Shown one piece after another: positions 34,286-46,148 of a stretch of DNA of 64,000 nt. Under the pieces are notes generated by a model. The model was not told the DNA's origin. It saw only the letters and a program-made list of their open reading frames with translations, and did not search any database. This stretch comes from a bacterium. GTDB lineage: Bacteria; UBA8248; JACPRG01; G963555815. The stretch is from NCBI GenBank assembly GCA_965261595.1, contig CBDHDG010000006.1, forward strand, positions 1,536,001-1,600,000, in the 5' to 3' direction. Within the stretch, counting starts at the first letter, position 1; each line of letters starts with the position of its first letter. The translations under genes and the position numbers were made by a program.

Positions 34286-35161
34286 ATGCGATCATCATGC
34301 AAGAAACGGTTTGTCGTCACGGCCGCGCTGGCGATATGCGCATGTCTGAGCGCGGCGGGAGCGAGCGCCGCCCAGGAGGCAAAACCTTCGGGGTGGTACG
34401 TGGGGGCGGGCCTTGGGATCAACAAGATGTCCGGCGTCAAGCAGGCGGGCTGGAACCGCGACAACGTCTGCTATCCGGATGACGACTGCACGCACATTGG
34501 CGGCGCGCCCCAAGGCTACTGGTGGTACTACGACCTCGAGGCGGACGACGGTGCCGTGTTCGAGATTTCCATCGGCCGTGCATTCGACGCGCTGCGCCTG
34601 GAGTTGTCCTTCACGCAGCGAAAAAACGACCTCGGGCAAAAATTCACCGGCAGCACCTATCTCGACGGCACGCGCAGGGTGCATGTTGAAAGCAGCAACT
34701 ATGAGAGCAGATCCTCGTCCGAGGTCGATGACCTGAAGACGCGCACCCTCTCGGTGAACGCCTACTACGACTTCTCGCGTCCGGGAAACCGCTTCACGCC
34801 CTATGTGGGCTTAGGCGTGGGCGTTGCTTTCCTGAAGCTGTCGGGGCTGTATTATCAGTCGTGGTACTCGTGCAAGGACTCAGCGGCTGACTGCGACAGA
34901 CCCGAGCGGTACAACGGCCACCAGGATGAGGACCTCTCCGACACCGTTTTGTCGAAACACCTCCACGCCGGCCTCGACTACCGTTTGAACGAAAAGATGC
35001 TGATTGGCCTCAAGCTCTCCTACGCCATGGTGGGCGACATGGAAGACGTCAAAGGCGGCTACGTGCAGCATGCGGTTCCCGGCATCTCCAACTTCACCAC
35101 GATCAGCGGTATGAATCACTGGTCCGTGATGTTCGGGGTGAAATATTTCTTCGGTGAGTGA
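34286..35161 (+). CDS. Outer-membrane beta-barrel protein (opacity/OmpW-like)
   Basis: Signal peptide, GWYVGAGLG, VNAYYDF, TPYVGLGVG and C-terminal GVKYFF. Confidence 0.85.
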   Translation: MRSSCKKRFVVTAALAICACLSAAGASAAQEAKPSGWYVGAGLGINKMSGVKQAGWNRDNVCYPDDDCTHIGGAPQGYWWYYDLEADDGAVFEISIGRAFDALRLELSFTQRKNDLGQKFTGSTYLDGTRRVHVESSNYESRSSSEVDDLKTRTLSVNAYYDFSRPGNRFTPYVGLGVGVAFLKLSGLYYQSWYSCKDSAADCDRPERYNGHQDEDLSDTVLSKHLHAGLDYRLNEKMLIGLKLSYAMVGDMEDVKGGYVQHAVPGISNFTTISGMNHWSVMFGVKYFFGE

Positions 35162-35299
35162 GGAGCGTATCGGGTCTCCCGAAGCGCAACGATGGGAGAA
35201 GCGGCGCACACGATTGGTTCCGGCCGGCAGCCAGCCTTCCCCGGCGCCATAGCGGATCAACTCCACTACCAGCGCAGGGCTAAGCGCAGCAGGATCCCG

Positions 35300-35630
35300 T
35301 GCTCGACGTCGTCGTTCGCCGCCTCGCGCCGCCTGCCAGCGCGCGCTCATGCGCCACGACGGCCCGCCCTCGCCGGCGAGCCCGAGACCCGCATAGGGTG
35401 TCACCACCCCGAGGCCGCGCGCAACGCCGAGACCGTAGCCCACCTCCGCATCCAGACGGTGATTTGCCTCGAACTCCCCATTCGCCGCAAGGCCCTCCGC
35501 ATTCGGCAACGACCACAGCCGCCCCGTCCCGCTCGACGCCACTCCCCACGTAGGAGACAGGGTGAGCGAGAGGCCCAGACCTCCGGCCCCCGGGGCGATG
35601 CGCACCGACCCGCTCGCGCCCCACCCCGAG
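35300..35630 (-). pseudogene. Autotransporter-like beta-barrel C-terminal fragment
   Basis: WGASGSVRIAPG, LSLTLSPTWG, RLDAEVGYG and TPYAGLGL. Confidence 0.6.
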
Positions 35631-35639
35631 CAGCTTGCA

Positions 35640-36038
35640 CCGCGCGATATCGGTAAACGATGTGGTCGCTGAATCATCGCTCGGCGCTCTTTCAGCGGTT
35701 GCGACCGAGCGCTTTGGATAAAAAATCATTTTCCATCGTCAACTGCCCGATCTTCGCATGCAGCTTCTCCGCCTCTCGCTCCTCCCCCTCCAAACCCGAC
35801 GCCTCCCCAAACACTCCCTCCGCCCCCTTCACAAGCCGCTTCTTCCATTCCTGGATCTGGTTCGGATGCAGGTCAAACGGCTGTGTCAACTCCGCCCGTG
35901 TCCGGTCCCGCCCCACTGTCGCCAACGCCACCTTCGTCTTTACCCCCCGTGAACCGCCGTCGTGTGTTCATTGCGTATCCCTTCCTCAGTTGGTGGAATA
36001 CACCTTAACGACCCGTCCGATTTTCCAGGGCCACCTCA
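35640..36038 (-). mobile_element. IS3-family remnant (left end and orfA)
   Basis: TGAGGTGGCCCTGG end; VALA...LHPNQIQEWKK...LHAKIGQLTMENDFL. Confidence 0.78.
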
Positions 36039-36097
36039 GTGTCCGGAGGCTATAGTAGAATTTGTGCAATTTCACGGAATTGGTGTATCTCTTCAGA

Positions 36098-36500
36098 TCA
36101 TGCATGTCGGTCTGTTTTTAGATCACGACGTGCAATGCCAATTAGATCTTGCAGGCATGAATTTGTGGCTTCCCAATCACGGTAAAGGTGTTCGTCCCAG
36201 CTAGTAGTATCGGATGCAAAGTCTTCGTCCTTCTTGTATCTTTTCAGGCGAGCGCGTGCTTCTGCTCCGACCAGAAATCCTCCTAGGTCGACGGCCTTGG
36301 CGATTTCCCGACCAGCCTCCCTGGCTCTTGCTCGAAGTTCCTTGTCGCGCTCTTCTGAAATCTCCCGGCCCGCTGAGAATGCTTCCAAATGGATATCGGA
36401 GAAAACCTTCGAATGATGAAGCGCCTCAATAAGTCTCTCGTACGCGGCCACACGTCTTTCCCACCATTTCTCCGCGCGAAAGCGCCGTAGTGACAACTGA
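36098..36500 (-). pseudogene. Hypothetical protein, 5' end cut by IS1380
   Basis: QLSLRRFRAEKWWERRVAAYERLIEAL; the ORF start lies inside the IS end. Confidence 0.5.
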
Positions 36501-38195
36501 CCCGCATTTCCCATATGGATGATAATTTTTAACGCCCCGAAGGCCGTTTTCTCGTGTAAAATCAAGGTGTTGTCCTCTCCCTGCCATCATCTTGCGAGGG
36601 GACCCGATGGGTGAAGCGAAAAAGAGGCCGTTGAGGCTCCAATTCGACGGTCGGCTCAGGCTGGAGTTTCACGGAGCAAAGGTTACGAGTGACGCCGGTT
36701 TGCTTGCCTATCGTGAACTGGATGAGGTGTTGGGGCTGACGAAGGCGGCCGAGGGGTTTCTGTCCGATTCACGGACGGGCGGGAACACCCGGCACAGCCT
36801 CACCGCTTTGGTGCGCCAGTCGGTCTACAGCCGCCTGGCAGGATATAAAGACACCAATGATGCCGAGCGGCTCTGTGTCGATCCCGCCATGCGTCAGGTG
36901 GTTGGGGGGCGAGCGAAGTATCACACCGCTGCCTCCACCAGCCAGATGAGCCGATTCGAGACGCAGACCCTCACCCGGCCCCTTAACCCCTCAAGGCGCT
37001 GAGCGGTCTGCCCGGTGTGTTGGTGGATCGTGTCCGCAAACGCAAGCCGATTCGCAAGCTGATCCTGGACATGGACAGTTCGGTCAGCCCGACCCACGGT
37101 GAGCAGGAAGGCTCTTCCTACAACGGCCACTTCGGCTGCACCTGCTATCACCCACTGTTTTGCTTCAACCAGTTTGGCGATCTGGAGCGGGCGCTGTTGC
37201 GCAACGGCAAGGTCCACAGCGCTGATGACTGGTGGTCTGTATTGGAGCCGGTGGTAGCTCGCTACCGGGATGCGAAGGTCTGTCGGTTTTTTCGAGGCGA
37301 CGCGGCATTTGCCAAGCCGGAGGTGTACCGATACCTTGAGGCGGAGGGCTACTCCTATGCGATTCGGCTTCCGGCCAACGCCATCTTGTACAGGGACATC
37401 GAATGCCTTCTGACCCGGCCGGTTGGCCGACCGCCCAAAAGGCCCATTATCTTCTACCACAGCGTCTCCTATCAGGCGGCTAGTTGGGAGAAGCCTCGCC
37501 GGGTGGTGGTGGCGGTCGAGTGGCACCAGGGCGAGTTGTTTCCAAGAGTCAGCTTCATCGTGACCAACCTGCACTGGCGGGAAGAGAACGTCGTGAGGTT
37601 CTACAACCAGCGTGGGACGGCGGAGCAGTGGATCAAGGAGGGCAAGTACGCCCTGAACTGGACGCGCCTGTCCTGCCACGGCTTTGAAGAGAACCAGGTT
37701 CGCTTGCAACTATTTGCCTTGGCGTACAACCTGGCAAACTTCCTGCGGCGGCTGGCGTTGCCCAGAGCGGTGAAGCACTGGTCGCTGACGACGTTACGCG
37801 AGAAGCTGATTAAGATTGGGGCCAAGGTGGTCACCCACGCCCGGCACACCACCTTCCAGATGGCCGAGGTGGCCGTGCCGCGTCAACTGTTCAGGGCAAT
37901 CCTTGAACGAATTCGACGGTTGTGGTTACCGCCTCCCGTACCAGATACCGGATGACGGAGCAGATGGCCCGGAAGCTTAGTGACGTGGTGGAGACGGGGG
38001 ATCAGTCTGTGCCGAACTCCCCTGAGTGTGCCGGTAGAGCTGGGTTTTCAAGGGATTGCGGCTTTAGGACGGCCGTTGCCCCTCGATTGAGCAGATGGTT
38101 CTGCAAAGAGACCCTGAATCTGTAGTAAAATGGGGTACTTTGATGACACAGGAGGACCGCAGGATGGCTAAGAGTGGTCATCTGGGAAATCCCGG
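36501..38195 (+). mobile_element. IS1380-family element; transposase 36607..37955 with a frameshift near 36990
   Basis: [20 protein letters not shown] and YNQRGTAEQWIKE. IRs CCCGCATTTCCCATATG / CATCTGGGAAATCCCGG. Confidence 0.92.
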
Positions 38196-38419
38196 TTTAA
38201 ATCAAGACAACTCTTGTATTGACCACCCGTTGCTCTTTAACTCAATTAGAGCCCTCTTTACCGGGGCTGTCAACACCATTTCGGGCGCCTGAAACCCTGA
38301 TCGGAGCGGTATCCGCCATTGGAAAACCATGTCAGCGCCGGCGTGTAAACGGGCTTGACCACCAGGTTTGGAGTCTTCGTCATTTTGCCCTTGTGTGGAC
38401 TCCGCTTAGGGTCGCTAGA

Positions 38420-38804
38420 CAGGCACCGGGCATCATCGCTTGATTCTCTCCAAGATAAGGGCAAATGTCTTCCTGGATACACCGACCTCGGCCAACTGGA
38501 AGGTGATGTGGCGGGCGTACCGCACGAGCCGGCCGCCCATTTTGAGGAGCTTAAGCTGAAGGCCGCGTAACGACCAGTGCTTGATCCCTCTCGGCAGGCC
38601 AGCAATCCCGCATCCGAAGTCATTCTGGTTCCGTGAAACTCAAGCCTCAGCCGACGCTCAAAACGGACCTTCAACGCCCACTTTTTCGCTTCACCCATTG
38701 GATTACCCCGCGAGAGGATGGCTCGGGGAGGCTCATGCATTGATTTTACTCCAGAAAATGTCCTCCGGTCCGACAAAAGTTATGATCCATATGGAATATC
38801 TGGG
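38420..38804 (-). mobile_element. Internally deleted IS1380 derivative
   Basis: Left end CCCAGATATTCCATATG; N-terminal MTSDAGLL is joined directly to C-terminal RHARHITFQLAEV. Confidence 0.78.
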
Positions 38805-39271
38805 ACTGAACCGTTATCCATGAGCTTACCGCGGCAATCATGATCGTGGTCAGGGCACTGGCTACGATTTCCATTGTTCGTTGTTCCTTTGCAGTTTCCT
38901 AGTCATTGCGTTGACGATGGGCTGCCGATAGGCATTGTAATGGGGATATCTAGGACGTGGGCGCGGTGAGACCGGGACAGAAAGACCACCGATTGTATCC
39001 GGTCTGATCCTGTCTGCTGTGATCAATGCTGTTTACGACATGGTCCTTCATGTTTTCAAACAACGACACGGCGAAGGGTTTGTGTCCGGATGGTAGAACC
39101 CAAATCGTATCGTCGTCCCATATTGCATTTGCAATTACGCTGGTTTTGCCTTGGATTTGTTGTTATACTTGAAATTTCTCATTGTAATCGCGTTGGATTG
39201 TAACGCTTGTTCGAATGAAGCTAGCTGGACAATATCACCAAGTTTTACTTTCTTTCCTTTCATGGTTCCAA

Positions 39272-41000
39272 GTCCGCCGCATTGATAGATAGCGTAATCA
39301 AGGGATATCCGGTCGGTACTTTCATCTTTTAGGAGACGAGGGACTCCCCCGCTCTAGGGTTTTGTTGGACACTCGATTGATCCATGATTCATGGAGAAAG
39401 GGGTGTCGCGATGAACGAACAAAAGCAAGAGGGGGCTTTGGCGGAGGGCGCCCGTAGGGCGAACGGAGCCAAGGCCCCAGGGCATCGCAGTGAGCGGGGT
39501 CGGTTCTCCTGCCAGCGCAAGCGGGAGGCGGTCCTGCGTCTTTTGCGGGGCGAGAGCCTGGAGACGCTCTGCCGCGAGTTGGGCACGACAGCGGCTCGGC
39601 TTTCCGCCTGGCGCGAGGCGTTCCTTCGCGGGGGCGAGGCGGCGCTCAAAGCTCGCCCGGCGGATGAGCGGGCCGAGGAGAACGCCCGGCTCAAGGCCAA
39701 GGTGGGCGAACTCACGATGGAGGGCGAGGTCCTGCGGGAGAAGATCGACCGCCTGGAGGCCGGCCGCCCTTTAGCCGGCAGGAGGTGGAGGCGATGAGTC
39801 AGGCCCGCTTCACCTCCACGGGCAGAGCCTACGGCCTGAAGCGGGTGTGCGCCCTTTGGGGCTTGGCGCGCTCCACGGTCTACGCGCAACGGCGGCGAGA
39901 GGCGGTCCCCGTTCATGAACGCCCCACGCCCAATAAGCGCGGCCCTGTGGGCCCGTGCACCGATGCGGAACTCCTCGGCCACATCCGGCAGGTCCTGGAG
40001 GACTCTCCCTTCCATGGCGAGGGCTACCGCAAGGTGTGGGCGAGGCTGCGCTTCGCGGGCATCCGCACCAGCAAGGAGCGGGTGCGTCGCCTGATGCGGG
40101 AGGCGGGGCTTCAGGCCCCCCACCGGGTGGGCAAACCCCGAGGTCCCAAGGCCCACAACGGGACCATCCGCACCGAGCGGCCCGACCGAATGTGGGGCAC
40201 GGACATGACGACGACGGTGACCACCGAGGAGGGGATGGCCTCGGTGTTCGTGGCGGTGGATCACTGCTCGGTGGACTGCGTGGGGATCCATGCGGCCAAG
40301 AGCGGCAACCGCTTCGAGGCCCTGGAGCCGATCCGGCAGGGGGTCGCCGAGCGCTTCGCCGGCTTGGAGGCGGACGTCGCCGAGGGGCTTAAAGTTCGTC
40401 ACGACCACGGCCCCGCCTATCTGTCCGATGACTTTCAGCGGGAGATCGCCTACCTGGGCATGACCAGTTCGCCCAGCTTCGTGCGGGCGCCCGAGGGAAA
40501 TGGCTACTGTGAGTGGTTCATCCGCATCTTGAAGGAGAATCTCCTGTGGGTGCGCTCTTTCGCCACCGTAGAGGAACTGCGGTGGGCGCTGCTTGAGTTC
40601 AAGAACCTGTACAACCATCATTGGATTCTCGAGGGCTACGGCTACCGAACGCCGGCCCAGGCAAGGCAGGAAAAACTCGCTCAAGTTGCGGAGGCCGCAT
40701 GAGGTCGAATACCCTCACCCGAGTGTCCAATAACCCAGGGGCGGTCCAGGACCGTCTACGCAGCGTGCGCGATCTCGGTAACCAGGAACTGCCACCGCCG
40801 AAAGATGGCGAAGCCGTATCCTTTGTCCTGGACGGACAGCAACGCCTTACCAGTCTGTTCGCAACGCTTCATGGCCTCAAGATCGAGCGTGACTCCGGAC
40901 AGCGGGATGATTTTTCAGGAATCTACGTCGACCTTAATGCCAAGGAAGACGAACAGATCGTCATCATGGATATCGAGGGCCGTGACGAGCGCACTTTCAT
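39272..41000 (+). pseudogene. DUF262 (GmrS/ParB-like) fragment split by IS3 copy 3
   Basis: LIDSVIKGYPVGTFIF*ETRD | RLRSVRDLG...VLDGQQRLTSL. Confidence 0.8.
39345..40748 (+). mobile_element. IS3-family element, copy 3 (TSD GGAC; intact WGTD)
   Basis: GGAC at 39341-39344 and 40749-40752. Confidence 0.95.
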
Positions 41001-41387
41001 CCCCTCGGACACACAAAAGCGGGGGGCCCAGCTACACCACGGTCTCATCTCAACCGACCCAGGTCACGACGGTCTCCCACCCCCTGCTCTTCCCCACAGA
41101 CTTCATGGACCTACGATACCGAAGGCAGCCTACACCTTCCTCCCAACTCAGAAACAAGACAAAAAGTCAGTAGGGACCATCCTCTTCGCCTGTCGGCTCG
41201 TTCTATATTATCCAGAGTATCCGATTGCGCGGTTCGGCGAGTGCCTATCCCGTCGGGGCCTTGCGTGAATATCTTCCAGGCAATTCGCACCCGTCCGAGT
41301 TTTCATTCTGCCTCTGGTTTCTGCTTATGCGGCATCCATTTTGCCTATTTCGTCTTTTGGCGATAATACCGTTCCCTTCGGAAAACG

Positions 41388-41720
41388 TCATTTTGCGGCA
41401 GGATGAAACACAATGTCGGTGAAATCACAGCCCGCCAGCAGTTTTTTAAGCGCATCCGCTTCCTTTCGGTCTATGGTGAGATCCCATTTGCGGCGCACCT
41501 GAACAATCCGATTGGCAAACCAGCACTTGTTCTTCTCCGGCATCCATTCGGCGGCATCCTTCCCGCACTTACCAATGGGCGAGCACCGGTTCACCTTCGG
41601 GGAGGCAAGTGTAAGGTTATCGAGGTCACGAGCGAATTGCTTGCGGGTTGTCTCGTCCGCAGCGCACAAGCCACTGTCGTGGGCCTCGAGGTGGCCACGA
41701 TGTGTTCGATATCCATCTGC
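41388..41720 (-). pseudogene. DUF1524/HNH-type endonuclease C-terminal fragment, truncated by IS21
   Basis: MDIEHIVA, FARDLDNLTLA, VNR, KDAAEWMP and KWDLTID. Confidence 0.72.
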
Positions 41721-42754
41721 TGGTCAACGCCAACTATTTTTCCCGTTGGCGACAATTAAAAGTTCCGTTTTGGGACCCTGGACGCTGGGTCTGAGAACTT
41801 GAATGCTCCTGTTGTTGAGCCAGTGGGTATGTGGGGAACGGCATAGCAGGTGTCCCACCTATCCACAGGCTGTGCGACGCGAGAGAGAACACCTCGTGTC
41901 CCCTGCGGTCTCCACCGGACCGGCGCACAGGGCATCGGCGACGGCCAGACGCCGCGGGCGTTGCGGTCTTCACTCGTCCCATCGTGCGGTCAAGACTCAT
42001 CGGGCTTGGCGTCCTTCTTGCCGCGTCCGGACCGGGTGCGCTGGTGCGCCGCCTCGGCTCGATAGCTCTTGACGTTGAGTTCGAGGATCACCGAGTGGTG
42101 TACGACCCGGTCGATCGCGGCGGCGGTCATCGGGTCCTGGAAGATCTGGTCCCACTTTGAGAACACCAGGTTGGAGGTGATCGCGACGCTGCGCCGCTCG
42201 TAACGTTCGGCGAGCAGGGCGAACAGCACCTCCATCTCGCCGCGGTCGTGCTGCACGTAGCCGATATCGTCCAGGATGTGGCACTCGATGCGGTCGAGCC
42301 GGCGCAGCTCCCGGCTCAGGCGAAGATCGCGCTTTGCTTCGAGCAGCCGTTCGACCAAGGCCGAGACCGGGGTGAAGAGCACCGAATGGCCCTGGCGCAC
42401 CAGCTCATGACCGAGGGCGGAGACTACATGGGTCTTGCCCGTGCCCGGATTGCCGAATACGCACAGGTTCGTGGCTCCTTCGAGAAACTGCCCCTCGGCC
42501 AGACGCGCGACCTGGGTGCGTACCGGCGCGGGGAAGCGTCCGCTATCCAGCGTCGCCATCGTCTTGTCGCGCGCGAGCTTCGATTCGGTCATCAGTCGCG
42601 CGATCCGCCGCTCGGCGCGCTCGAGCGCCTCCACCGTCGCGAGTTCGTCGAGGTAATGCGTGTGGCTCCAGCCCCCCTTGGCCGCCTGGTCGGCAAGCGG
42701 CGCATAGTGGGCGAGGAACGAAGGCAGCCGGAAGGCCTTGGGCCAGGCTCTCAT
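41721..42754 (-). mobile_element. istB: IS21-family right part with the IstB ATPase (41990..42754, N-terminus replaced)
   Basis: GNPGTGKTH, ILDDIGY, ITSN and IDRVVHH; end ...GTTGGCGTTGACCA at 41721. No istA. Confidence 0.88.
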
Positions 42755-42946
42755 CAGGTCACGATGTCGGTCGAGGTCGGAACCTCAACCGGTTGCCCCT
42801 GGGTGGCCGACAAGTCAAGGGAACGACACCACGGTCAATCAGAGTGTGGGTCAAGCCACCCTGGGGCGGCCGGCCCTACAAGCCTAAATGCGTTACTCGC
42901 GGTACGGGTCAGACCACCTCAGGTAACCGGCCCTCACATACTCACT
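42745..42946 (-). ncRNA. Orphan structured segment resembling an IS110 left end / bridge-RNA target loop
   Basis: Stem 42850-42867 pairs with 42795-42811 and encloses CACTCTGAT-hairpin-TTCCCTTGA; the segment abuts the IS3 HSD codons. Confidence 0.55.
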
Positions 42947-43872
42947 GTCGGAGTGATGTACGACCCCGTCGGGGCGGCGCTGTCCCAACGCCATGTTCAG
43001 CGCCCCGAGCACCAGTTCGGTGCGAAGATGATGGGCCATCGACCATCCCACCACCCGGCGGATGAACACGTCGAGCACGATGGCCAGGTACACGAACCCC
43101 GCCCAGGTCGGCACGTAGGTGATGTCGGCCACCCAGATTCGGTCCGGCCCATCGGCCTGGAACTGGCGTTCGACCCGGTCCGGGACCACACAATGGCTCT
43201 GGTCCACGCGCGTAGTGCGCATGCCTCGGCGTCGGCTCACCCCGGCCAAGCCCGCCTCGCGCATCAGACGAGCCACCCGATTGCGGCTCACCCGGCAGCC
43301 GCCGGCCATCAGCTCGGCATGAACCCGAGGCGCCCCGTAGGTGCCACCAGATGCCTCGTGGATGGCCCGTATCGTGCCCCCCAACACCTCGTCGCGCTTC
43401 GCACGAGGAGAACGCCCACGGCCTCGCCACGCGTAGTACCCGCTGGGGGAGACGCCCAGCACCCGGCACATCGTGGCCACCCGATGATGGGCCTGATTCG
43501 CCTTCACGAGCTCGAGGACTTCGCCCGGACCGAGCCGGTCTCCCGAGCGAACCAAACCGTAGCTTTTGCCAGTATCTCGCGTTCTTCGCGAAGCTGACGA
43601 TTGTCCCGACGAAGCCGCCGTAGCTCCTCGAGCTCTGAGCTTGTCAGACCGTCCTCACGACGGCCCTCGTCGCGGTCGGCCTGGCGGACCCAGTTGCGAA
43701 TCGCCGAAGCGGAACACTCGAACTCCCGCGCCAGCTCCCCGGGCGTACGGCCCGAGCGAACCAGCTCAACCATCTGGCGCCGGTATTCCGGCGCGTAGGG
43801 TGAATGAGTTTTCGGCATCTGAACACCTCCTCCGCACAGTCTCAAGGTGTCCACAAAAACGGGTCAACTCCA
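42947..43872 (-). mobile_element. IS3-family element (sister of 1..1281), truncated right after HHSD
   Basis: orfA 43818..43504; left end TGGAGTTGACCCGTTTTTGTGGACAC; closely similar to the first element. Confidence 0.92.
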
Positions 43873-45697
43873 TCACCAGGCCCCCGGGAATGCGCGCCAT
43901 CTTCTTGTAGGCGCTGTAGCGGTCGCAGACGATGACCGTATGGAGGCCGGCCGTTCCGAACAGCTTCCTCGCGACCTCCGCACCGCGCGAGGGGTCAACG
44001 TGGAAGTAGACCGCGTCCTCGCTGACCGAGGTCCACAGCCAAGCCCGGCTTGAGCGGCTCTCCTCGCGAAGCGACTGCACGCGCCAGGTAGTCTCATCAC
44101 CATGGCGCACCGCCGCCTCGTTCTGGCGGGCGAGGATCGCGGCAGCCACCGGCTCGAACAGCGGCGCGATACGGCGCGCGCTGTCGCCCAGCGTCCCCGG
44201 CGAGATAGGAAGCCCCTGGCCGGACAGCCACGAGGCGACCCGGCGCAGGGGACGCCGACACTTCGGTGGGTGAGGACGCGCAGTCGCACCTCCGGCGCCA
44301 TCGCGGACGGCGGATGACGCGTTTGTGAGCCGAGACTTCGATCTCGACGATGGTGGAGACCTCGGCGCCGTTGGCCACGTAGGGCTTCCCGCATCGGCCA
44401 CAGACGCATGCCTCGGCCGGCGGATTGCGCTCTTCCGTCCTCTCCTCGAGCGCGGGCCGCAGGGTGCGGCCATGCCCGGCGGCTCCGGGCTGCCGGCCGC
44501 GCCGGCGCTCAGAGCGCGGCCTCTCCTGCTGTTCGCTCCTGCGCCCGAACAGCGCCTTCGACAGCACCGCCCCGCTCGCACGAAGCTTCGCAAGCTGCGC
44601 TTCCAGCGTCTCGTTCCGGCTCTGCGATGCATTCACGGCTTTGCACAGCCGGGCGTTCTCCCTGGATAGGGACCTGAGCGCCGTCTTCTGGCGGCGCGAC
44701 CTCCCCAGGGCCTTGCGCAGTTCAGCGTCCTCACGCGACGGCGACCTCGACCGCGCCGCCTCGCTCGCGCGCAAAAGCCGGGCCTTCAGCCGCTCCTTCG
44801 CGGCCCCGGCGACTTCCAGGGCGACCCCCAGACGGTAGACCTCCCCGGACAACGACTTGACCGCCTCCGCCTGGTCGCGCAATCGCCCCAACTCCGCATG
44901 GAGCCCAATGACCTCGCGGCCCTGCCACCTGATGGTCTCCTTGTCGGTGTCCGACGCCTGCGCCTCCCGGGCCAGCCGGTCCTCCAGCCGGGCGACTTCC
45001 CTGGTCAGCCGGACCGCCTCCTTGCGCAGCCGGGCGGCCTCCCCCGACGGCGACGCGCCCGAGCGGCCCCCGGCCGACTTGACCCTGGCTTCCGACAGGA
45101 GCTTCTCCAGACGCGCCACTTCCGCCTTCAACGATAGGGCGTCTCTCGCCGCGCGGCGGACTTCCTTCGTCTCCTCGACGGCCGCTTCCAGCTTCCTCCG
45201 GCAGGTGTCGAGCTGCCACTTCAGCGAACCCGCCCGGCCGCGGGAATCCACCTCCGCCCACCGCAACTCCTTGCAGCGCGCCTCCGCCCGCGCCCGCACG
45301 CGCTTGAACAGCGAACGCCAGTCCGGCGCCCTGCATGAGGACGTCTTGGGGGGAAGAGGCCATCGGACATCTGGCCTCTCGACCAACGAAAGTTCCGCTT
45401 GAGCAACTTCTGCGCGAATCGTCATGTCGACATGAATACCACATGCCGAATCGCGTTACCAGTGTCTTGGGAAGATTCCATCCAATGTAGACGATGCTTC
45501 CAACGCTGTGCCCATCACGGCCCGGCCGAACGGTTACCAACAGGGACTCGCCGAGATGCGCAGGAGTTTTAACGAATCCGCTTTCATTTTGATTACGGAC
45601 TGCAGAAGGCAGGTTTCGAATGAGATTGGAAATTATGTATATTCTCAATAATATCAATAGTATAATAGGATCTCACGGCTGGAAAGAACGGCTTTAC
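43873..45697 (-). mobile_element. Left part of an IS66-like transposon; TnpC pseudogene (45425..43873) with a long coiled-coil N-terminus
   Basis: LFGRRSEQ, RGRQPGAAGHGR, CGRCG, HGDETTW and VCDRYSAY; outer end GTAAAGCCGTTC. Confidence 0.85.
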
Positions 45698-45699
45698 GG

Positions 45700-46112
45700 A
45701 TGAATCAAGATGCAAAACGTCGTGAAGAAGGTCCGAAAGCGCAACCAGGAGGCGGTGGTCTCGGGCGCACAAAGGATCTACGAGGCCCACAGCCGCCGGG
45801 CGGCCATCGCCGCCTTTTGGCGATGGGCCAAGCAGTGGCGAGGGCGGGAGCCCAAGGCGGTGGCGTGCATCGAGAGCGACCTCGAGACGTTGTTGGCCCA
45901 CTTCCAAGAGCCCCCCGCCCTTCGGGTCACCCTGCGCACGATAAACCCCATTGAGCGGGTCTTTCGGGAGGTGAGACGAAGAACCAGACCCATGACCGTC
46001 ATGAACAACAACGAGTCCCTGGAACGCGTCGCCTACAGCGTGTTCCACCGCATTAACACCTAGTGGGAGACAAACCCTCTCTGCACTTCTACACAAAACT
46101 CGTGACATTACC
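45700..46112 (+). mobile_element. IS256-family C-terminal remnant with right end
   Basis: LRTINPIERVFREVRRRTR; end TACACAAAACTCGTGACATTACC. Confidence 0.82.
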
Positions 46113-46148
46113 TCAATCGGCGATCCGGCGGATTGCGGGAGCCCCCCC

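Noticed and set aside
38830..39263. AT-rich minus-strand gene starting MKGKKVKLG
   Set aside because: Multiple stops and no recognisable motif; at most an unassignable relic.
39272..41720. GmrSD type IV restriction from DUF262 + DUF1524
   Set aside because: The fragments are convergent, separately truncated and separated by unrelated DNA.
42745..42946. Group II intron 5' end in the IS3 gene
   Set aside because: Begins AGTGAG rather than GTGYG; no RT or domain V; a bridge-like loop explains it better.
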